DNA of 64,000 bases from Entomortierella parvispora E1425 (GCA_020891255.1 BQFW01000002.1:620001-684000), one strand, 5' to 3'. Shown: positions 38,088 through 48,611, counted from the stretch's first letter. Translations and numbers: made by a program. The notes: generated by a model not told the origin, from the letters alone.

Positions 38088-38729
38088 GTTTAGTTTGAGT
38101 ATGTAAAGGGAGGTGAAGGAGGGATAGTTATATGGTTGTGTCAAGAAAGTCGGCGACGATCAGGGTCGCCGTGCCTTTTTATAACAATGCAGACTTCGGA
38201 CGAACTGCCTGCCCACTCCCGCCGTTTACCACACGTCGGAAACGATGACCTTCGGTTTCTCGAATTCTCTCGACAGAAGCATCAACAAGAGCTTTAATGA
38301 GACACAAGAACGCGCTTCTTGCAATCTCCAAGGAAATCCAGCGCACTCGCGCAAATTGACCAGAAACCAGAGACGGTGGGTGTTCGACTGGCTCCCAACT
38401 TTTTTCTTTAAATATCGTTTTTCAAGCCAACAACGCACTCCAGGTAGTCTATTCATCACGGCAGCCGTGAAGAAACTAAATCCAGCCTATCTGCAGCAAC
38501 CAAAGGCAGCCCAGTTTATTTGACAAGGAGCTATACAAAATCATACCATACTTCAAGAGCAAAAATGAATGGAAGACCGCTGATTGTCTGATGGTGGTTG
38601 GTGGGTGGTATGAATTGAACATGATTCATGTTCGAGCAAAAAGAATTCAAAACGGTTCATTCTCCTACACGGCTTCGATCCGGCTGAGAGAGCTTGTACC
38701 AGGGCCATGTCAGGTCTCACTCCCAGCAC

Positions 38730-40574
38730 TTATTCTTCCATTTTCAGAGGCTCTTCTTGTTCCTGCGAGGTCTGATCCTGCGAGGTCTGATCCTGCGAGG
38801 TCTGATCCTGCGAGGTCTGGTCCTGCGAATATTGCTGATGTGAGGACTGTTCCTGTGAGGACTGTTCCTGTGAGGACTTTTCCTGTGAGGACCTGTCCTG
38901 CGAGGTTTGTTCCTGCAAGGTTTGTTCCTGCGAGGCTTGTCCCTGCGAAGCTTGTCCCTGTGAGGTTTGTCCCTGTGAGGTCTGTTCCTCCCAGGCTTGT
39001 TCTTGAGAGGCCTGTCCCTGCGAAGCTAGCTCTTGAGAGGCCTGTCCCTGCGAAGCTAGTTCTTGAGAGGCCTGTCCCTGCGAAGCTTGTTCCTGAGAGG
39101 CCTGTCCCAGCGAAGCTTGTTCTTGAGAGGCCAGCTCCTGGGACGAAGGCAAAGGTCGTGGTTTGTTGAAGTTGGAATCCCGCAGCTTGAAAGCTTCCCT
39201 TTTCTTCCTGATCAAATCCGAGGCAGCCGCGCTGATGCCGCAATGACCTCCATGAACTCTCAGTGCCAACTTTTCCACCTTAACTTCATTGTAAAGCCGC
39301 ATGGGAGGGCCGTTTCGATAGTGCGGGTTTTGGTGCACGGTGCATGGAAGCGTGTCCAAATCATCTGTCGTCAATTCGTATTGATCCAAAGCGCGAGTTC
39401 GTGTGATTCTGTTGACGTATCCATCGTTGGGATCCTTCTTTGCCCTCAGCTTCAGTGGATGCCGCCCATAGTAAGCAAGTCGGCAGTTCCGACAAAGCAG
39501 CCAGGTTAGATCATCGTCGTCCTTATCTTTAATTGGCAGTGTAACTTCGGACTTGGTCAGGCCCTTCATTGTCAGATCATGGCATCGGTCGCAGATGAAA
39601 TATGAGTACTTGCACGCAAGGGCCATAAACGTCTTGTACTTGCTTTTTGGAGGACCCAGGTTGTTCTTCTCGCAGATTGTTTTCCAGGCTGGGTAGGACC
39701 GGCAGCCGTCCAGCCACGTCGTGTTCACCAAGGAGATGACTGCAACCTGAGAGAGCGGTAGGTACGATAGTATGACATGCCACACCTCAGTCGGAACCCA
39801 AGCGCAAGGATTTGTTCCTTTGGGAGCTGCAGCCCGTATCTCCATAACAGATACAGCGTCCTGCTTGGTCTCCCCGTGTTGCCTCTTCGTCCTCTTGGTC
39901 GGTCTTGACTCTGGGTCCAGAGCTTTGTGTTCATCACCGTCTTCGTCCTCCTTCTTGACTTTTCGTTTTTTGCCCCCCACTCTAGGCTTTTCAGCCACGC
40001 TTTCAATCACAGTCGCAGTAGGGGCTTTCGTCTTTTTGAAGGACGTCGAGGCGGTGGAGGTCGACTTGGCTTTCTTGGTGGAGGCTTTGGCGGGGGTTTT
40101 GGCCTTTTTTGTGGGAGTCGTGGGGGTCGCGGTAGTTGATGGGTTGTCAGAGGTCAAGGAAGTCGTGGGAACTGGATGATGTTCAGGATCGACACCTTGT
40201 TTCTTCTTGAGAACCTTTTTCCTGGATTTGAGGTCCGAGCTATCTTTTGCCTTTAGAACGGGAACTTGCTTCGATGCCGCCGACTTCTTGGGGCCCATCG
40301 TGGTCGCGTCCCGCTTTGATTTGGACGTTTTTGTACCCGCGTTGGTCTCGGAGGTATCCATATCAGCGCCATCAGCAGTGCCATCACTCGTGCTGTGTTG
40401 CACCTTGGGCTGAATTCGCTTCTTCTTGGCTGAAGAAATGCGAGCCTTGGCGGCTTGCTGTGCCCTGAACGTGGCCGCCACCTCCGCCAGAGCTGCCCTA
40501 GCTTGCTCCTCGGCTAGTGCCTGTGCTTGTGCTTTCTCGGCCACCGCTGCCAATCGAGACGATGTTCGCACCAT
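38730..40574 (-). CDS. F-box protein with XPA-like Zn-finger/DNA-binding module and C-terminal SQ-repeat array (intronless ORF)
   Basis: Likely start MVRTSSRL at 40574. Basic disordered N-terminus, F-box VPTEVWHVILSYL, CDRC..CRNC, RITRTRALDQYEL..DL..NPHY..PMRLY..VHGG, then (SQxQx)26. Confidence 0.85.
   Translation of the reverse strand: MVRTSSRLAAVAEKAQAQALAEEQARAALAEVAATFRAQQAAKARISSAKKKRIQPKVQHSTSDGTADGADMDTSETNAGTKTSKSKRDATTMGPKKSAASKQVPVLKAKDSSDLKSRKKVLKKKQGVDPEHHPVPTTSLTSDNPSTTATPTTPTKKAKTPAKASTKKAKSTSTASTSFKKTKAPTATVIESVAEKPRVGGKKRKVKKEDEDGDEHKALDPESRPTKRTKRQHGETKQDAVSVMEIRAAAPKGTNPCAWVPTEVWHVILSYLPLSQVAVISLVNTTWLDGCRSYPAWKTICEKNNLGPPKSKYKTFMALACKYSYFICDRCHDLTMKGLTKSEVTLPIKDKDDDDLTWLLCRNCRLAYYGRHPLKLRAKKDPNDGYVNRITRTRALDQYELTTDDLDTLPCTVHQNPHYRNGPPMRLYNEVKVEKLALRVHGGHCGISAAASDLIRKKREAFKLRDSNFNKPRPLPSSQELASQEQASLGQASQEQASQGQASQELASQGQASQELASQGQASQEQAWEEQTSQGQTSQGQASQGQASQEQTLQEQTSQDRSSQEKSSQEQSSQEQSSHQQYSQDQTSQDQTSQDQTSQDQTSQEQEEPLKMEE
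38754..39143 (-). repeat. Coding tandem repeat, 26 x 15 nt (pentapeptide S-Q-E/G/D-Q-A/T/S)
   Basis: Units such as tcgcagggacaggcc, tctcaagaacaagct and tcgcaggatcagacc. Counted from the translation. Confidence 0.95.
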
Positions 40575-40824
40575 TCTGAGAGTAAATTTGGGATGGGATG
40601 GAAGATTGGCGCCTTGTGATGCGGTAACAGATGTCAGTTGTGGGGACGAATGTAAAGAGATAAAGGGTGAATGCGAGCAACTGAAGAAGACAATTGTCAG
40701 TGGAGTATGAAGTGAAAACATCATCACGGACCCTTGCAACAAATGATTCATCACGTGAATCGCAACATGATTCTTGTCAATCAGTGTTGCTGATTGAAAG
40801 TGATATGCTCCTGCAAAAAGCACC

Positions 40825-40831
40825 TATAAAA
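40825..40831 (+). promoter_or_regulatory. TATA-like box upstream of the Cys/Asp peptide gene
   Basis: TATAAAA about 50 nt upstream of ATG 40880. Similar boxes precede several other genes in the window. Confidence 0.45.
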
Positions 40832-40879
40832 AAGAACCATCGCCCTTCTACTGTAAAAACCCAGATCTCCATACTCACA

Positions 40880-41215
40880 ATGTTGGCCTTTACCTCCAAG
40901 AACACATGTCTCTGTGCAATTGTCCTCACCTTACTTTCGGTCATGTCGGCTGAACCTCTTGTTGCGGCATCAGGAACGACAGCCAGTGCCGCTGCTGCCG
41001 TCATCCCAGGCCAAGGAGCGATCGGTGGCATCCACAAAACGACCTCGACTTCTGTGTTTGCCTCTGGTTCAGGTGGCTCCCATCTGCCTTCTGGATCTCT
41101 ACACAAGCGCAGGGATCACGGCAAGAGCTGTTGTCATGACAACTGCGATGACTGTTGTGATGACTGTTGTGACGACCGCTGCGACGATTGTTGCGACGAT
41201 TGTTGCGACGACTGA
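40880..41215 (+). CDS. Small secreted precursor (111 aa): signal peptide, propeptide, KR(R) site, Cys/Asp-rich (CCDD)n peptide
   Basis: MLAFTSKNTCLCAIVLTLLSVMSA|EPLV...LHKR|RDHGKSCCHDNCDDCCDDCCDDRCDDCCDDCCDD*. Single exon with an upstream TATA-like box. Confidence 0.72.
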   Translation: MLAFTSKNTCLCAIVLTLLSVMSAEPLVAASGTTASAAAAVIPGQGAIGGIHKTTSTSVFASGSGGSHLPSGSLHKRRDHGKSCCHDNCDDCCDDCCDDRCDDCCDDCCDD

Positions 41216-41913
41216 CGGTCGCGACGACTGCCGCTGCCATTCACACGAGTCGCGTGGCGAATTGAACATCAACGCGTTCCTTCTGCTCCATGAACTCTTT
41301 TCACTTTTGGATTTGACCCCTCCTTCTTCTAGGAGTCAAAATAAAGCTTTCTTCGCGACAAATGTCGCGTTTCCTTTCACAAGCCCGGCTATCATTAACA
41401 TCAACATCGATAGCTCAGTTACATATCGTGTGTGCGTCTGTGTGTGTCTGTGTGTGCTTTGCTCCTTCCTCGGCCACTGCAAGAAAATCAGGCGCTCAGT
41501 GCTCTCAATCGACTCTTGTCATCACATCACTTCTTTTTGCCCTGGCTCAGCATGCTTAATTTTGTCCATTTGGTCGCATGTCCGTTGTTCGCTCTATCCC
41601 CTCTTCTTTCATTCTTTCTTTCTTCCATCTCCAAATCACACCACCCTTGAAAGTTAACTTCTGCCAAGCTTACTGCCCTCCGCATTCGTTCTCCATCATT
41701 CTCTCTCTCTCCTTCTGCCTCTGCGTTTCTTTACTCCTTCAACGCTCCTCCGTCTCTCATACCCAATCTAGAAAGCAGCAGTCTGCCATAAAATCGCAAT
41801 CGCCTAACGGTCTCCACAACCCTCGCCTTGTTTTTTCTGCCCCACTGTTGTCAATCAGCACTTTTTTTTTTGCTCCAAAACAAGGAATATCCCTCACACC
41901 TACATTCTCCACC

Positions 41914-43388
41914 ATGACCCTTGCGTCGATGTACAAAACAGACTATGTCCAGTCTTTGGATCAACAATCACAAACGAATCTGAACTCGGCCTGGTTAAAC
42001 GACAAAGGTACAGAGAGAATCAAGACGGAAGAAAAAAATCGTTCAGGATCCTCCCCAACGAACCGTTCCGTCGCCTTTATTTATTTTACGGTGGTACTAT
42101 CACGCGAGGTCAGGGCAAACAACAAAAGTGGAAAGAGACTGACTGATTCCTCCTCTTCATTGCCATTGGGCCATGCCCCTCACTTGTAGGAGTCTGGATT
42201 ACCAACTTCATTCTCATCTGCATGATCAAGTTCTTCTTCAGCATCATTCCTGGCATCACACCCGAGCTCTCATGGACCCTGACCACTCTCACATATAACG
42301 TCGTAAGTCTGCAGCACAGAAGAGCAAAAAAAGAACCTCCCTAACATGAAAGCGAAGGAGAGCAAGAAAGCTTTTTGGACTGCGGCGGACGGCACGTCGA
42401 CTGGACATCCGAGAAGATTTTCGTGACGAAGCCCAAAAAAAAACGTGAGCGTGATGAACGTGCTTGACGGACCCGACCCAGCTGAAGGAAACAGAAAGAC
42501 GACGTGTGTGATCATCTTGTGGGGGGAGGGAGGGGGCTGTCGAATCACAACAAAAGAGGGATGTGACAACAAGCACAGGGGCCCAAGGATGGCCAATGCA
42601 TCAAAGGAAAGAAAAACAGTTGGCAGTAACGAAAAGGGGAGAGGGCAAACCATTAACCTCGCTGACCCAAGGGTTGACAGGAGGTCGCGTGTGCTTCCTG
42701 TGCTCAAATGCCTGGGCACAGCGGCGGGGAGAGTTTAGAGAATTATTGTTTGTCATTCTTGAACCCATGTCCACTCTCTTACCAACTCTGAATTTTATCC
42801 ATATTTAGGGAAGCTACATTATGTTCCATGCCGTGACAGGTGTCCCCTTTGAGTTGTTCTCACAGGGTGCCTTTGACTATATCACGCTCTGGGAGCAGAT
42901 TGATGAAGGCGTCCAGTTCACAGCAACGCGAAAGTACTTGACCACTGTGCCCATTGTTCTGTAAGTAAGCCGTTCATTTGATAACTCTGAAAAAGTCAAG
43001 AGGATCGTGAGTTCAGGAGTAGGCAAGGATGGTGCACGGTCTGTCATGCATGAAAAAAACGGAACCTTTTTTTTTCTTTCTTTCAACAACATGCTGACGA
43101 CCCCACGGACACGCAGTTCCAACAAAGGCGGCTGGGCCAGGCAACTCAAAGGTCAAAAAGCTCATCAACATTTCATCCGACTCGAGAAACTGCCTGCTGT
43201 ACTCACTTCCTTTCTTTTCATGTCCCAATTGCTCTAGATTCTTGCTCAGCACACACTACACGCACTATGCTCCTTTTGCATTCTTTGTAAACTTGGTCGC
43301 GACGGTGATCAATCTGATCGCAAAGCTACCTGCCATGCACCAAGTGCGTCTCTTTGATATCAACCAGAAGATTGACAGTCGCGGATAA
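41914..43388 (+). CDS. ORM1: ORM1/ORMDL sphingolipid-synthesis regulator
   Basis: NLNSAWLNDK|GVW..SWTLTTLTYNV|GSYIMFHAVTGVPF..TLWEQID.GVQFTATRKYLTTVPIVL|FLLSTHYTHY..AKLPAMHQVRLF. Confidence 0.94.
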
Positions 43389-43550
43389 GTTGAAGGTCTT
43401 TTCATGATGCCTGTTCCACAAGATGCTCCTCCCACCAATCTCTTCAATTGCAATAAATACCACAAAATATGTGAACAAAGATGTCTGTTTCCTCCAAAAA
43501 CGATTTATTTAAGAGAGAAACGGTGTCTTAAGCCGATCGTGAAAGGCAGT

Positions 43551-44303
43551 TTAGTAGAAGTAACCCAAAACCTTTCCTCCGGTGTGGCGGCGACGGGCCT
43601 CCTCGTGGTCCATGATACCGGCGGAGGTGGTGAGGATGATGTAACCGAACTGGCGGGAAGGCAAGAGACGGGCAATCCACTTCTCGATCTCGTTCAACTT
43701 GATGTTGAAACGGGGGGAGATGACACCGGTCTTGTTGATGCGTCCGATGAGCTGGACGACGATCTTTCCGGAGCGGTGGTCATCGATCTCCTCGAACTCG
43801 CCGATGTAACCTGTATCAGAGACGATCCATTGAGAATGATTAGTAACCAATGAATTGATATCTTTGCAAAAATGACCACAGATCCCGAAATAAAATGAAT
43901 GGGAATTGGTAATAGGAATGTCTCCACCCTTTAAAGGCTAGAGGCCACTGTGAGAGTGCCAAAAGCTTGTAAGAAGTGTAGTTGTTCTTCCGGAGCCTTA
44001 AAAGATAAATATTGAGTCGTATGAAAAAAGTAGCGTGTCGAAATAAATCAATCGCCTTCAAATTTCAGCAATATACATCCAGTTATAACCCCGGTGTGCG
44101 TGTGTATGTATGTTGAATGGTTGTCGTATGGAGCAAAGAGTAATCAAAACTCTGATTTCCGAAAACCTACCGTGCTTCTGCATCAAGGACAAGAACTTGA
44201 CAATGACCTTGGAGGAAGGACGGATCAAGACCTGGCGCTTGCCACGCTTCTCAGCGTTGTTGATGTTGTTGAGGCAGTCGTTCAAGACGGAGATGCGGAC
44301 CAT
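43551..44303 (-). CDS. RPS22: 40S ribosomal protein uS8 (S22/S15a)
   Basis: [37 protein letters not shown]|[27 protein letters not shown]. Intron at 43811-44170. Confidence 0.98.
43916..44095 (-). ncRNA. snR44: Intronic H/ACA box snoRNA, snR44 orthologue candidate
   Basis: Two hairpins, H box AGAACA (43988-43983) and ACA+3 nt (43921-43919). Both pockets sit 14 nt from their box. Guides ATAACT/TTTAA and CTTCTTACA/TTTAAAG are complementary to the flanks of 18S U106 and 25S U1056 as recalled for yeast. Confidence 0.85.
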
Positions 44304-45115
44304 TTTGATAAATGCTGCTATATCGGAGAGTATACAAACAAAGCGAAAAAGGTGAGTCTTCCATGAAAATACCAATATCTCATATGAGTGTCGCCTTCGT
44401 CGCGCAGACCCTAATTGCTTCCTTGGAATCCAAGGTTACAAGAAGAGAAGGGAGAAGAGATTCATAAAGGAATCGGTCGTGTCCAGGCCAGTCTGCAACG
44501 TATCAGCTCAAGCATCCCTTCATAGACTCCCCGACCTGAACGATCCACTTTAGCCTCCGAAGAGGATAAAATAAAAAAGATCAGCGGTTCATCTCAAGAT
44601 TGCGAGAAGTGAGAGCAGTCTGACACTGTAATGGACAAAAGAAATGGTTGAAAGGAGAAAGTGTCCATGGTCGAGTGGATAGATGATGGCGGATCAAAAT
44701 CCTGAATTCATTGATCAAAGTTTTTTCTTTTCGAGATCTCATGGAATCCGACTGACGATGGCGAGTAGAAAAAGAAGAAAAAATCCCGGTCCTTCGTTGG
44801 TCGAGTGTATGTTGAGGGTTGATGCAATCACAGGTCCAAGCATTGTTGGTAGATGGATTCTCCGTGTCGATGGATGGATGGATGGGTCCTTGTCGGACGG
44901 ATCTCGGTCGTTGACGCTGCAACACACCTTTGAAAAGTTAGAGAAGGATCAGACAGGGATCGAGCGCGGAGATGAAAGATATGCGAAAATGTAATCTGGT
45001 CACGTGAAGAACCTCCAATGATCGCTTTTTCTGCATCTGACTGAACTGCATGAACCCTCCAGGAAGACTCACATTCCTCCCCAGCAACCCTGGTCCTCTT
45101 CCCCATAAAAAGGTC

Positions 45116-46485
45116 ATGCTTCGCGCTACATCCGCCCTCTTCTCTAAAGCATCCTCCATGTCTTCCTCCCTCGCATTCAAGCCCTGCAAGCTGGCATTAG
45201 TCCAGCTCGCCGTCACTGCTGACAAGAGCGCGAACCTCGCCAATGCACGCGCTCATGTTCTCGAGGCCGCCAACAACGGCGCCAACGTTATTGTTCTTCC
45301 TGTAAGATACCAGACGACCTGGACTCTCTTCTATACGGCGGTTGTCCGCATATTGCTCACTGTCTTCTTACTTTTAATAACGGTACTGGCTCTCTAGGAA
45401 TGCTTCAATTCGCCCTATGGCACATCCTTTTTTCGGGAGTACTCAGAGAGTATCAAAGACGGTCCATCTGTGAAGGCCCTCTCTGAAATGGCCAAGGTTC
45501 GCTCCTTCTCCTTCGTTCATGGTCGTTTACACCCACCTTGTAGCTCTTGAGGATAGATAAGTACCAACTCTCGACTGACATTCGATTCTTTTTAAAATCA
45601 TAGGAAGCGAAAGCCTACCTGATCGGAGGTTCTATCCCTGAACGCGACCCCACCAACGACAATATTTACAACACCTGCACTGTCTACAACCCCGCAGGAG
45701 AGCAAATCGCCGCTCATCGAAAGATTCATCTCTTTGATATTGATGTCCCTGGCAAGATCCGATTTCAGGAAAGCGAAACGCTGACCGCCGGCGAGTCGCT
45801 GACTCATGTCGATACAGGTAAGAAATCTTTGGTACTTGATCTCTGTTATTTTTCTCACGCCAATTGACCTTAAATATGATTTTTTTTCTTGGCTAGAATA
45901 TGGAAAGATTGGCGTTGGTATTTGCTATGACATCCGATTCCCGGAGCCGGCCATGATCGCTGCTCGCAAGGGTAAGAAACAATATTTCTAGCCTGAATCA
46001 TGGTTCGAAGTGGTGCATGACATTTAACGCCACTCCTCTCTCTCTCATGTCCCTCTGCTCTTAGGCTGCTTTGCTATGATCTATCCTGGAGCCTTCAATA
46101 TGGTTACTGGACCACTGCACTGGGAGTTGTTGCAAAGAGCTAGGGCTGTCGACAATCAGGTGTATGTGGCTGCCTGCTCTCCTGCACGCGATGTGACAGC
46201 TGGATACCACGCATGGGGTCACTCAACTGTTGTCGCGCCAACGGGCCAAGTCGTCGCAACTATGGAGGAAAACCAGGGCATTGTCTATGCAGACCTTGGT
46301 ATGATTGATTTCTATGCGCTGAGCTCCAGTAGTCATATTACCAGACCTTGCTAATAACCAACCAACCGCCTTCTTCTTTGTGCATAGATCCTCAAGCTTT
46401 GAACGACTTCCGTCAGAGTGTTCCTTTGTATGCTCAGCGTCGATTCGACTTGTATGCAGATGTTGCCAATACCAAGCCACAATAA
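45116..46485 (+). CDS. NIT2: Nitrilase-superfamily omega-amidase (Nit2/yeast Nit3-like)
   Basis: KLALVQL, LP|ECFNSPYG, HRKIHLFDIDVPGKIRFQESETL, GICYDIRFPE, LHWELLQRARAVDNQ, QRRFDLY. Confidence 0.93.
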
Positions 46486-46877
46486 ACTGTATACATCCAA
46501 CTGTCACCACAAGCTGCTTCACCATAGTCCTCCGAGGTATCTACGTAGTAGTTCATCTTCGGATTTCGCTGCTGATTTCTTTCAGATCTCGGTCATGGTC
46601 GCCCTCAATGGGTGTTGCTGCTTAAGACGTGCATTTATTATTGTATGTTTTTGCGTTGAGAAATGAGTGATTTGTACAATGGGGGGGGGATTCCTTTTTG
46701 GTTGGAGCATGGAGGCTAAAGTCGCCTAAAGACTTGACTGAGAGGAAAAAAAGAGAGAGGAGAGTAATGGTAAAAAGAGACGCCAGGGGCAATCTCCCAT
46801 ACAATCGAGGCAGGGAGGTGCCCGCCTTTTTCTCTCATCAGCTCCCTCCTTCTTCTTCCACTCTCATTGAGACTTAC

Positions 46878-48611
46878 TTACTGGTGGTAAGTAGACTCGG
46901 CACCACCGCGCCACGAGCGGACACCTCCCTGCAATCCAACGTTGTCGGAACCGATGAGCTGCTCGTGAACCTTCTCAATAGACTTGAAGTAGTTGACAGT
47001 CTTGACGTGGAGCTCCAATGTGGCATCCTCGTCGCAGACAACCATACCACGGGGGTGGAGCTGGATGGCGGAGACAGTCCACATGTGGTTGACACCCTCT
47101 TCAATGCACTTGGCCAAAGCCAAAGCCTTGTGGGCACCAGTGATGATGATGCAGACCTCGCGGGCATCCATGACGGTACTATTTGAAAGATTTTTTTTTG
47201 TTGAGTGGGAAAAAAGGAAAACGTTTAAGTTAGATAACAGTGTTTGTGCGACAAGGGAGGGATGGGTGAGGGGGGGCGGGGCGGGGGGGACACAACGAGG
47301 CAAGAGCCAGTTGGTTGTTTGCCCTCAATTGCTCGGTGTGTGTCGTTGTTTCTGTCGTTGCTGTTCCATTGCTCTTGGATTAGAACACAGTCAGTTGTTC
47401 TCCAGCAGGTTTTCGTCTGTCTGCTCAAAAAAACTCCGGCGTTCGCTCCAACCAGTCTAAATCCTGCAGGGAAACATCATTGATGGCAGGGAATCATAGA
47501 TCGACTCATATTTTGTGTCGACTTACGCAACACCGACGGTCAAGGCCAGGTTGGGGACCTTGGTGATATCGTTATCGAAGAAACGGGCATTGGCAACAAT
47601 GGTATCATAGGCAAGGGTCTTGACACGAGTGCGGGAGTTGAGGGACGAACCGGGCTCGTTGAAGGCAATGTGACCATCGGGACCGATACCGCCCAAGAAG
47701 AGCTCAATACCGCCAACTGCAGCAATCTTCTCCTCGTAGCGCTGGCACTCGAGATCCAAGTCGGTTGCGTTTCCATCGAGGATGTGAACGTTCTCGGGGA
47801 GGATATCAACGTGCTTGAAGAGGTTGCTCCACATGAACGAGTGGTAAGACTCGGGGTGGTCTCTACATGAAGGAAGGGTGGGAACAAAAAAAATCGATTA
47901 GAAAATGTATGGCTCAAATCACACAAACGGTCCAAAGTAAACTTGATCCCACCCCTCCTTCTCTTTCCTGTCGCCAACGACCTTTTTCGATGATCGAGAA
48001 TGAACGTCCCGAGTCATTCAACAGATCCATTCTCCCCCAACAACATGACGGTGCATCCAAAGGGGACTCTTATCCTTCACAAAGACTCATTGTGTTTGAG
48101 ACCTCCGAGAATCAAAGCGTGTGAGTTCCCGCTTTTTTGATTTTTCTTTTGTTCTATTTGCTTCTTTCCCAGACATCATCTTCCTCAGAAGAGACAGTGA
48201 AATAAAGCACTCTCGCCCTTCTTTTCTCTCTCTTGAACCCGCCGAATAAAGATGTGGCTTACCTGGGCAATCCAACGTATTCATCCATGTTGAAGGTGAT
48301 GATGTGCTGGAAGGAAAGCTCACCGGCCTGGTGGAACTTGACCAAGTTTCTGTAGACACCGACGGGGGAAGAACCGGTGGGGAGTCCCAGGACGAAGGGC
48401 TTGGAAGCGGTGGGGGCGAACTCCTTGATGCGCTCCTTGACGTACTTGGCTGTGAGAAAGAAAGAAAAAAGCGATTAGGGGAGTGATTCTCGATAAGAAT
48501 GGCAAAAGATGGTTGTCACGAAGATCGGGTGAGTGTCGTTCGTGTGGAGGCAAGAGACTTACCGACGTGATAGGAGACGGCCTCAAAGTCTTTGCGAATA
48601 ACTAATCTCAT
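46878..48611 (-). CDS. GNPDA: Glucosamine-6-phosphate deaminase (NagB/GNPDA)
   Basis: [65 protein letters not shown]. Confidence 0.96.

Noticed and set aside
38591-39169. Plus-strand ORF with (PARSD/PVRTV)n repeats
   Set aside because: Antisense shadow of the 15-nt coding repeat, with no independent support.
41213-41215. TGA at a Cys position read as selenocysteine
   Set aside because: The in-frame continuation (RSRRLPLP..) does not continue the motif, I found no SECIS-like AUGA..AA..GA arrangement downstream, and a frameshift explains the pattern better.
42451-42485. GTGATGA..CTGA in an ORM1 intron as a C/D snoRNA
   Set aside because: The boxes are only about 25 nt apart, with no terminal stem and no recognisable rRNA guide.
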